Below are positions 9,547-16,963 of a stretch of 29,023 nucleotides of DNA, one piece after another. The number at the start of each line of letters is the position of its first letter. The first letter of the stretch is position 1. The DNA is from a virus (lineage: Duplodnaviria; Caudoviricetes). The stretch is from positions 1 through 29,023 of the IMG/VR virus record IMGVR_UViG_3300010157_000191. One strand, 5' to 3'. The position numbers and the translations under genes were made by a program. The notes below the pieces were generated by a model. That model was not told the origin of the DNA and searched no databases. It saw nothing but the letters and a program-made list of their open reading frames with translations.

Positions 9547-9846
9547 ATGAAAAAAGTTTTACTACAACACTGGGAAGAGTCTGAACGAGGTTGGGGTGTT
9601 AGACCTGATGGTGCATCATTGCATCTTAATGAAATATCACATAAGATTTATGTTGATAGCATTTACAAGAATAGAAGTGGTGATGCACCACACGAGTATG
9701 ATAGAACAGTTGGTAATCCAATAACAATTGAGGTTAGCGACGGGTTATATGAACTATTGTCTGAGAATGGTAACTATCGACTAACACAGTATCAATTAAA
9801 TAACTTACTTAAAGTAGAAGACTTAATAATTAAAACATATGCTTAA
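9547..9846 (+). CDS. hypothetical phage protein
   Basis: 99-aa ORF (WEESERGWGVRPDG) overlapping the next gene by 8 nt. Confidence 0.75.
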   Translation: MKKVLLQHWEESERGWGVRPDGASLHLNEISHKIYVDSIYKNRSGDAPHEYDRTVGNPITIEVSDGLYELLSENGNYRLTQYQLNNLLKVEDLIIKTYA

Positions 9847-10183
9847 CTTTCTAGCATCTATACTATTTATTTGGATGGAAATATATCACATAAGAAATAA
9901 AAATATTCTATATAGAAAGGTTGACTCTAGTAGTCTAAATGATATTGATATGAATATTGATAAGGCTATAATATTTTATATAGTTAGTATTCTATATCCA
10001 TTTTGGATGGTATCTGGATTTATAAATCACAGAGGCTACCTATTCGGAACTCTAATATTACTGTCGGTTGGTAAGATATGTCTTCACTACTTTTCATCTA
10101 ACCGTGATTACTATATAAAGTATTGTATTATAGCATCATATGTTCGTCTAGCTACTTTATTTGGTATACTTCTAACCTTTTGA
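9839..10183 (+). CDS. small multi-pass membrane protein
   Basis: 114 aa with 3-4 hydrophobic segments. Confidence 0.65.
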   Translation: MLNFLASILFIWMEIYHIRNKNILYRKVDSSSLNDIDMNIDKAIIFYIVSILYPFWMVSGFINHRGYLFGTLILLSVGKICLHYFSSNRDYYIKYCIIASYVRLATLFGILLTF

Positions 10184-10681
10184 TAGATTTTTTTCTGTTA
10201 CTATAATAAAGTCAAATCCTTTTCTTTCACAGTATTCTATCATATACTTCCATTTAGAAAGGTTTTTGTTCCACATCTTTAATGCGTATTCGAAATTCTT
10301 TAGCTGTTTTGCGGTTGGGTTAGATTGTAATTTTGGCTCAACCGTCTCGGTTGATGGCTTTACCTCCGCAATAACTCTTGATACACTACCATCATTTCGT
10401 CGTAGTTCATAATAAAAGTCTGGGTAATAATTATGTTGAGTTGTCTCAACATAATTTTTAGTATTATTATACTCTGTCTTTTCATATGGTATCTTCATCC
10501 ACTCAGATGCCCACTGGGTTATATTATCATTTCTATCCAACCATATCATCATTTTATGTTCCAATCCTGATCTATAGAATACTCCTCCATATGTATTAGC
10601 CTTTATTAGTTTTTCTTTATTCTTTGGAACAAATAAACCTTGTTTATACTTACTGGGTTGTCCAGGTACACTATTTAACAT
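10172..10681 (-). CDS. gp4: T4 gp4-like head completion nuclease (TnsA-like)
   Basis: QGLFVPKNKEK, YRSGLE, WASE, YYPDF, AEVKP, WxxNxxKW, F.IVTE. Confidence 0.88.
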   Translation of the reverse strand: MLNSVPGQPSKYKQGLFVPKNKEKLIKANTYGGVFYRSGLEHKMMIWLDRNDNITQWASEWMKIPYEKTEYNNTKNYVETTQHNYYPDFYYELRRNDGSVSRVIAEVKPSTETVEPKLQSNPTAKQLKNFEYALKMWNKNLSKWKYMIEYCERKGFDFIIVTEKNLSKG

Positions 10682-10693
10682 AAATAAATTAAA

Positions 10694-10713
10694 TTTTTAA
10701 TATATATTAAAAA
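10694..10713. promoter_or_regulatory. palindromic bidirectional late promoter TTTTTAATATATATTAAAAA
   Basis: Perfect 20-bp palindrome containing TAATATATA on both strands, between divergent gp4-like and gp2-like genes. Confidence 0.7.
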
Positions 10714-10724
10714 TAATAATTACC

Positions 10725-11414
10725 ATGGGAGAACTACTGGAAAGAATAAAACTATCAAACTTAGTACATGGTGATGGTATCGCTGATAACTTTAAGAATA
10801 ACTCAATGTTTTTCTATGAGGCTTATTCTAAATCTGATGATAATATATTAAACATACCAAAGGGTAAAATGCAATTAGGCGGCTTTTACTTTCTACACTA
10901 TTTAGATGATTCAAATTGGATGCAATATTCTCCGATATTTACGGTTGATGTGAAGAAGTTCTCAAATATGATTATATTAAGTGCTGTTAATTTCAACTTC
11001 ATTCCACTGGAAATACGTGCAAGTATTTTTGATAAGTATATAACTGATAAAGACTTTGAGAAAGATAACTTATTATCTGTAAACTATGAAGGCGTATATA
11101 GAGAGTTGCTAAAATATGGATTTGAGTATGCTATTGTTGAATATAACCTAGCACAAATTAAGTATGTTCATAAGATTGCCATGAGTCAAATTCCAAGATT
11201 TTTATATTCACAACATCCTATTAATAAATATGACCCAAAGAAACTTTATGAAATATGGTTAGCTAAGATAGGTGATAAAGAAGAACGACATAAAGAAATG
11301 TCAAATTCATTGATAAGCGACTTCTTTACGGCATCTGATGACATCTTGGAAAACTATACCCAGCTTAAAAATCACATGAAACGATTACAAAAGAGTGTGG
11401 AAAAATATGGTTAA
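10725..11414 (+). CDS. gp2: T4 gp2-like DNA end protector
   Basis: G.FYFLHY...YSPIF...AVNFNFIP..IR pattern and divergent adjacency to gp4-like gene. Confidence 0.6.
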   Translation: MGELLERIKLSNLVHGDGIADNFKNNSMFFYEAYSKSDDNILNIPKGKMQLGGFYFLHYLDDSNWMQYSPIFTVDVKKFSNMIILSAVNFNFIPLEIRASIFDKYITDKDFEKDNLLSVNYEGVYRELLKYGFEYAIVEYNLAQIKYVHKIAMSQIPRFLYSQHPINKYDPKKLYEIWLAKIGDKEERHKEMSNSLISDFFTASDDILENYTQLKNHMKRLQKSVEKYG

Positions 11415-11437
11415 ATGTAGAAAGGGACTTGTGTATA

Positions 11438-11446
11438 TAATATATA
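11438..11446 (+). promoter_or_regulatory. putative late promoter TAATATATA for the HTH-endonuclease-portal unit
   Basis: 6 nt before ATG 11453. Confidence 0.6.
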
Positions 11447-11452
11447 TAACTT

Positions 11453-11596
11453 ATGAAAGCAAAAGAAGTAATGGAAAAATATCGAATAACGAGAAAGACT
11501 CTTTATAACTGGGTTAAGAAGGGTGTTATTGATGTTGAAAAGACACCTTCTGGTAGATATATCTACAAGGAGAAGAAAGAAAAAATAATTAATTAA
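11453..11596 (+). CDS. 47-aa MerR/Xis-like helix-turn-helix protein (not in ORF track)
   Basis: MKAKEVMEKYRITRKTLYNWVKKGVIDVEKTPSGRYIYKEKKEKIIN*; TLYNW.KKG...TPSGR is a MerR-type winged-HTH signature; stop is 1 nt before the next ATG. Confidence 0.8.
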   Translation: MKAKEVMEKYRITRKTLYNWVKKGVIDVEKTPSGRYIYKEKKEKIIN

Positions 11597-11597
11597 T

Positions 11598-12332
11598 ATG
11601 GCATATGTATATAAACATATCAGATTAGATAAAAATGAGGTATTCTATATTGGCATTGGCTTAAAAGATACAAATAATTTTAAAAGAGCTTATGAAAAGA
11701 GTGGAAGAAATGACTTTTGGAAAAAAGTAATAAAATTAACAAAATATAAAGTAGAGATAATACATGAAAACCTTTCTTGGGATGAAGCATGTCGAAAAGA
11801 AATAGAATATATTAAACTTCATGGGAGAAGAAATTGTTCAACCGGGACATTAGTAAATCTTACAGATGGGGGTGAAGGAAGTAATGGCTATATAGTAAGT
11901 GATGAAGTTAAGTTAAGATTGCAAAAAATAAATAATTGTAAAAAAGTTTTACAATTTGATATGAATATGAATTTAGTAAATTCATATTTGTCATTGAAAG
12001 AAACTTCTAGAATAACCAAGTTCTCATTGGGTAATTTAAGTAAGGCATGTAATGGTGTATTAAATTATGCTTATGGATTTATATGGAGGTTTGAGTCTTC
12101 TAAATATATAGAAAATACAAGCAAAAAATCAATAAAACAAAAAAGGCGAGTTGCACAAATGGATAGTGAAGGTAATGTAATAAAAATATATGATTCTGTA
12201 TCGCAAGCATCTACAGAATGTAATATACCAAGAACTTCCATATCTAATTGTTGTTTTGCCAACTTAAATGAATTAAAATATTCCGCTTATGATTCTAAGT
12301 GGAAATTCATTGATAAAATTAATTACATATAA
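11598..12332 (+). CDS. GIY-YIG homing endonuclease with two NUMOD1-like repeats
   Basis: YVY...FYIGIG...R...E...NLTDGGEG; repeated VxQxDxxxN.....S...S....AYxxxW.F domains. Confidence 0.85.
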   Translation: MAYVYKHIRLDKNEVFYIGIGLKDTNNFKRAYEKSGRNDFWKKVIKLTKYKVEIIHENLSWDEACRKEIEYIKLHGRRNCSTGTLVNLTDGGEGSNGYIVSDEVKLRLQKINNCKKVLQFDMNMNLVNSYLSLKETSRITKFSLGNLSKACNGVLNYAYGFIWRFESSKYIENTSKKSIKQKRRVAQMDSEGNVIKIYDSVSQASTECNIPRTSISNCCFANLNELKYSAYDSKWKFIDKINYI

Positions 12333-12334
12333 AA

Positions 12335-14086
12335 ATGAGTTCATATAATCCGAGCAATCAACAATCACAGATGAGTTTATCATCAACGGTAGAAAATAAA
12401 GGGCTATTTAGCCGAATGTTAAGGAATCTTAGTTCATGGGGTATGAAATATGATGACATGATTATGAGAAATACAATAGGTGTTGGTATTAATGAGGATC
12501 CATATTCACTTAAGGGTAACTCAATGTATGATTTTTTTAGTCAAAGAGCAGTAGCTCAGGTTCTAAATAAGAAGTCTATTCCATACTTAGATAGGGCTTA
12601 CTCTGATAAGAGAAGAATACTAAGAGAGTATTCTATTAAAGATGAGATACGTGACTTCATATCAACTGTTGCAGATGAGAGTATAATCTATAATGATGAC
12701 AGAGACTTTTGCTTTTTGAAGCCATTGTCTAATGACTATTCAAAGGATGTTACTGATAAGTATCAAGAATATTTTGAGAAGATTTATCATAAGTTTGGTT
12801 TCTCTGATGGTATCTCTGCGTGGAATATGATGAAGGATTTCTTAATTGATGGTTATGTTGCACTTGAAATTGTTTGGGATGATAAGAAGAAGGATATTAT
12901 ACACTTCAACAGACTAAGACCCGAGACATTAGTACCAGCATATGAGCCAACAATTGGTAATTTATGGATTCAATATCCAGAGGATCCACAATTGAGAAGA
13001 ATATTTCTTGACTCCCAACTTGTATTTGTTTCATATTCAACACAAAATGATTATTCTGAGACATCATATATTGAGGGTCTTATTAAGCCTTATAATCAAT
13101 TAAAGATTATCGAGCAAACAAGAATAATGTTTAACATTATTAATGCCACTGTCTATCAAAAGTTCACTATTCCTATTAAGGGTTTGCCTAGACAACGTGC
13201 CGAAGAACAAATAGGTCAGTTAATAGCCGATTATTCTGAAGAGGTAGAATGGGATGACTCATTGGGTACATTAACTATAAATGGTACTAAGCACTTGCCG
13301 TATAATAAGCAGATATGGTTCCCAGAGGGAGACGCTGGTACTCCAAATATGGAATTAGTATCACCAGAAGGACATAATCTTAATGAGAGTGATATGTTGA
13401 CATGGTTCTATAATGGACTGAAGAGGGCATCAAAGATACCATTTTCGCGATTTGAGAAAGAGAACGGTGGTGGTAATGTATTTGCTGATGCGTCAGAAAT
13501 GACTAGAGATGAAGTTAAGTTCTATAATTTTATAAATAGAATTAGATCTATTTTTAAAGAGCTTATTGTTAAGCCACTGAAGTTACAAATGTGTATTGAG
13601 TTTCCTGAATTAAAAGATGATGAAATATTTCTAAACCAAGTTGATATCAATTTTAACTCAAATCAAATTTTTGAAGAGTGGAAAAAACTAGCCAATATGG
13701 AGAAAAGATCTGGTATTCTATCATCACTACTTGGAATACAGGGTGCTGATGGTCAACCATACTTTCATATTGAGTATCTTATTGATAAAGTAATGAAGTT
13801 AACCCCCGAGGAAAAAGAGGAAAACAGAGCCTATTGGATAAAATCTAAAGGCGCTGGGAGTGCTACTGGTGCTGGTGGGGAAGCCGGTGAAATGGGTGGT
13901 GAGATGGGCGGTGAAATGGGTGAAATGGGTGCGCAGACCGGTGGTGAAATGGGTGCTCAAGGACCTGCACCTGCACAAGGCGCTCAAGGACCTGCACCTG
14001 CACAAGGCGCTCAAGGACCTGCACAAGGCGGAGGTGGGGAAACGCCACCCGCAGCCGATGGAGGAAACTCTGAGTTTGAGTTTTAA
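12335..14086 (+). CDS. gp20: portal protein (T4 gp20-like)
   Basis: IDG, SYIE...KPYNQL..IE, KIPFSRF, TRDEVKF..FI.R motifs; located upstream of protease and capsid genes. Confidence 0.92.
   Translation: MSSYNPSNQQSQMSLSSTVENKGLFSRMLRNLSSWGMKYDDMIMRNTIGVGINEDPYSLKGNSMYDFFSQRAVAQVLNKKSIPYLDRAYSDKRRILREYSIKDEIRDFISTVADESIIYNDDRDFCFLKPLSNDYSKDVTDKYQEYFEKIYHKFGFSDGISAWNMMKDFLIDGYVALEIVWDDKKKDIIHFNRLRPETLVPAYEPTIGNLWIQYPEDPQLRRIFLDSQLVFVSYSTQNDYSETSYIEGLIKPYNQLKIIEQTRIMFNIINATVYQKFTIPIKGLPRQRAEEQIGQLIADYSEEVEWDDSLGTLTINGTKHLPYNKQIWFPEGDAGTPNMELVSPEGHNLNESDMLTWFYNGLKRASKIPFSRFEKENGGGNVFADASEMTRDEVKFYNFINRIRSIFKELIVKPLKLQMCIEFPELKDDEIFLNQVDINFNSNQIFEEWKKLANMEKRSGILSSLLGIQGADGQPYFHIEYLIDKVMKLTPEEKEENRAYWIKSKGAGSATGAGGEAGEMGGEMGGEMGEMGAQTGGEMGAQGPAPAQGAQGPAPAQGAQGPAQGGGGETPPAADGGNSEFEF
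13887..14029 (+). repeat. coding tandem repeats in the portal tail (GEMG units; 27-bp GAQGPAPAQ units)
   Basis: GGTGA[A/G]ATGGG repeats followed by two full and one partial GG[T/C]GCTCAAGGACCTGCACCTGCACAA units. Confidence 0.85.
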
Positions 14087-14087
14087 T

Positions 14088-14121
14088 AAAAAAAAGACTG
14101 TATTTTTATACAGTCTTTTTT
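14088..14121. terminator. bidirectional intrinsic terminator
   Basis: AAAAAAGACTGTAT-TTTT-ATACAGTCTTTTTT between convergent genes. Confidence 0.85.
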
Positions 14122-14513
14122 CTTTTATCTAATAGCTCCCTTGATTTAGATGGATTATCTACTCCGAATCTATCTAATGTAGTTTTTTGTATGCGCTTTT
14201 TTATCTCTTTGCTTTGTATTGGATATTCAACTCCGTGATTTAATTTAAGTGTCTTTTTTCGTTTTGATTCTGAGCACTTTCTACATTTATACTCACCCCA
14301 TTTATTTCCATATTTGATGTAGTTTTTAAACATAACATCTTTAGTAGCACCACATCCGTCACACTCACATTTTATCATTTGATGACTACCTGATGAAAGT
14401 AATTCGATTGGTATAAGTAAATTATCACCTACTTCTATATCATATCCTAAATTAACATAGTAAGAGTGGTTATTTAAATTAATTTTTATCGATATTTCTC
14501 TGGTTAGTATCAT
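14106..14513 (-). CDS. small Zn-finger protein similar to the N-terminus of the 334 gene, with no nuclease domain
   Basis: MIL...CECDGCG...YKCRKCS..K.KKT....GVE aligns by eye with MIL...CKCEICG...YGCRKCS..K.KKT....GVE. Confidence 0.75.
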   Translation of the reverse strand: MILTREISIKINLNNHSYYVNLGYDIEVGDNLLIPIELLSSGSHQMIKCECDGCGATKDVMFKNYIKYGNKWGEYKCRKCSESKRKKTLKLNHGVEYPIQSKEIKKRIQKTTLDRFGVDNPSKSRELLDKRKKTV

Positions 14514-14518
14514 ATTTT

Positions 14519-14544
14519 TTATATGTTATAAGAAAATAAAGTTT
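14519..14544 (-). promoter_or_regulatory. putative middle promoter AAAC-N16-ATATAA
   Basis: Exact motif ending 5 nt before ATG 14513. Confidence 0.55.
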
Positions 14545-14680
14545 CCTATTTTTTTCTAAAAAAACGAGGTATTTCTTTATCCATCACATTTTAGACGTAT
14601 CCTAAATTACACAAGGGTTTCATCTCATCCATAAAAAACCCACCTTTGAAAAAAAGTAGAAAAAACAGGTATTTTTTTCC

Positions 14681-14689
14681 TTATATATA
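14681..14689 (+). promoter_or_regulatory. putative late promoter TTATATATA for the protease-capsid unit
   Basis: Upstream of ATG 14712, preceded by A/T tracts. Confidence 0.6.
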
Positions 14690-14711
14690 ATATACAAAAT
14701 AAATCTAATAA

Positions 14712-16895
14712 ATGAAACCAGTATTAATTGTTGAAAACAATACAAGTCCACTTTCGATGAATGAGAGTTCATTAGGTGGAAAAAAGGATTACATATTAGG
14801 TGGTATATTCACTGAGTTTGGTGTTAAAAACCGTAACGAAAGAATCTATACTGCTGATAAATTTGTTCCTTGTTTAGATGAGCTTAATGAAAGAATCAAT
14901 ACTATGGGTGTAGTATATGGAGAATTTGACCACCCAGATGTTTTTGATACTTCATTATCAAGAGCTTCCCATCTTATTCAAAAGGCTTTCTTTGTAAAAG
15001 AAAGTAATAGGGTTGATGGTCAAATTAAATTATTAAATACTTATTGGGGTAAGGAAGCTAAATCACTAGTTGATGATGGTTGTCCTGTTTTCGTTTCATC
15101 TAGAGCTGCTGGTATAACCGAAGCTAATGGTACAGTTACATTGAAAAAGTTATTCACTTATGATATTGTTGCTGATCCTGGTTTTGCTTCTGCTAGAATG
15201 TCTTCTATAAATGAATCGTTGAACTACTCTACTAATACCAACTTTAGGATATATGAAATGTCCGACGAGTCAAAAATTAATGATCTATTTAAAATGAACA
15301 AAAACGACTTTGTTACCAAGGATCAATTAACTGACTATTCAAAGTATATAATCAACGAGATTGCATCTACTAAGAAAGAAGTTAAAACTGCTCTTAAAAC
15401 AGGTAACTTAAACCCGCAAAAACTAGAACAACTTCTAGAGTATTATGAAGAGTTAAATAGCACAAATGAACAAGTTGTTAAATACTTAGACTATTTAGCA
15501 GAGAAAGTTCAGATTGTTGTTAATGAAAACAAATCTTTAAAATCTACTACTGAGAAGTTAGTTAGTCACAATGACTACTTAGCTGAAAATTTAGAAAAAG
15601 CTATTAACTATTCTGAATATTTAGCTGAAAACTTGGATAAGAATATTAACTATTCTGAATATTTAGCTGAAAACTTGGATAAGAACATTTCTTACTCTGA
15701 GTATGTTGCTGAAAATCTTGATAAGAATATTGCTTATTCTGAATACTTAGCTGAAAACTTAGATAAAAACATTGCTTATTCTGAGTACATCGCCGAAAAC
15801 TTAGATAAAAACATTGCTTATTCTGAGTACATCGCTGAAAATCTTGATAAGAGTATTTCTTACGGTGAATACTTAGCTGAAAACTTAGATAACACAATTG
15901 CTTACTCTGAGTACTTAGCTGAACACGTTGAAGGAAATATCGCTTATTCAGAATATATCGCTGAACATCTTGATGATAACATCGCTTATTCAGAATATAT
16001 CGCTGAAAACTTAGATAAAACAGTTTCATACGCTGGTATGATTTCTGAAAAATTAAATGGTGGTAAACTATTTGAAAATAAAAACGCTGCTATCCCAACT
16101 CTAGAAGATGCTGGATTTGAATTACTTCCAGAATTTGAAGAAGAATTCGATGAAGAAGAATTTGAAGAGGGAAGCGAATTCGGTGAAGAAGAAGGTGAAT
16201 TAACACATGATGAGTTTTCTGAAGAAGGAACACATGAGTTCGATGATGAAATCACTAGCACCGAAGAATTCGACGAAACTGGACATGAATATGAAGAGTG
16301 CCCAACTTGTGATGATGAAACATCTCACGAAGATGAGTTAGGACATGAATTCGGACACGAAGAGTTCGTTGGAGGAGAATCAGACACAGAATTGTCAAAA
16401 CAAATTAATAAATTAATAGAAGAAGCTAAAAAACGTAAAGTTTCTGAGTCTAACGACTTGCACTTCTTAAAGTTCTTAAATAAATCTCAAGTAGATGGTT
16501 ATTATAACCTATCTAATGAAGATCAAGAGCAAGTAAAACTTTATATAAACGAAAAAAGTTATTTCACTAGTTCAGATGTTTTAAGACTTGTTACGGAAGC
16601 ACTGTCAGTTACACATGAGTCTGCTGAAGACAAATTAATCAGATTGATGCCTGAAAACATTAAGCCAATCTGGAACCAAATCAATGAGAGTTCTAAAAAA
16701 TCTATCTTGTCTCAAGCTAGATTATACCCAGACTTGAACACAGAATCAAAAGTTGAACATTTTTGGTTAACTAGAAATCTCAAGAAAAATGAGTCAGTAA
16801 ATAAGAAACTGGTTTCTCACGTAAGTTTAATCCAAGAAGATAAACTTTCTGATAAAGAAGTTGGTGCAATTATGGAAAGATTCAAAAATCTTTAA
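14712..16895 (+). CDS. gp21: prohead protease (gp21-like) fused to a scaffold/core-like region
   Basis: N-terminal KNRNERIY, GEFDHP, VSSRAAG, YDIVADPGF; followed by coiled-coil repeats and an acidic tract. Confidence 0.9.
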   Translation: MKPVLIVENNTSPLSMNESSLGGKKDYILGGIFTEFGVKNRNERIYTADKFVPCLDELNERINTMGVVYGEFDHPDVFDTSLSRASHLIQKAFFVKESNRVDGQIKLLNTYWGKEAKSLVDDGCPVFVSSRAAGITEANGTVTLKKLFTYDIVADPGFASARMSSINESLNYSTNTNFRIYEMSDESKINDLFKMNKNDFVTKDQLTDYSKYIINEIASTKKEVKTALKTGNLNPQKLEQLLEYYEELNSTNEQVVKYLDYLAEKVQIVVNENKSLKSTTEKLVSHNDYLAENLEKAINYSEYLAENLDKNINYSEYLAENLDKNISYSEYVAENLDKNIAYSEYLAENLDKNIAYSEYIAENLDKNIAYSEYIAENLDKSISYGEYLAENLDNTIAYSEYLAEHVEGNIAYSEYIAEHLDDNIAYSEYIAENLDKTVSYAGMISEKLNGGKLFENKNAAIPTLEDAGFELLPEFEEEFDEEEFEEGSEFGEEEGELTHDEFSEEGTHEFDDEITSTEEFDETGHEYEECPTCDDETSHEDELGHEFGHEEFVGGESDTELSKQINKLIEEAKKRKVSESNDLHFLKFLNKSQVDGYYNLSNEDQEQVKLYINEKSYFTSSDVLRLVTEALSVTHESAEDKLIRLMPENIKPIWNQINESSKKSILSQARLYPDLNTESKVEHFWLTRNLKKNESVNKKLVSHVSLIQEDKLSDKEVGAIMERFKNL
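15576..16037 (+). repeat. eleven in-frame 42-bp tandem repeats (consensus YLAENLDKNIAYSE)
   Basis: Counted from the translation; units are contiguous and vary mostly at third codon positions. Confidence 0.95.
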
Positions 16896-16963
16896 TCTGA
16901 ATAGAAATATTTAGACGAAAAAAACATCTAAGAAAACTTAGAAAAAAAATTAAAAAAAAAATT

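Noticed and set aside
9839-10183. Holin call for the membrane protein
   Set aside because: No adjacent endolysin and no late-type motif; hydrophobicity alone is insufficient.
11453-12332. IS607-family element
   Set aside because: Only the HTH is present, with no serine recombinase domain or TnpB; the next gene is GIY-YIG.
13799-14132. Alternative-frame ORFs over the portal tail (13799..14026, 13860..14132, 13863..14048)
   Set aside because: Stop-free frames are a by-product of the GC-rich repeats; no promoter motif supports them.
15576-16037. 42-bp repeats as a CRISPR array
   Set aside because: Units are contiguous with no unique spacers, stay in frame and vary mainly at synonymous positions, so this is a coding repeat.
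16896-16963. Structured RNA or terminator before the capsid gene
   Set aside because: Only a short mismatched stem (TTAGACG/CATCTAA) in A-rich sequence, with no U-tract.
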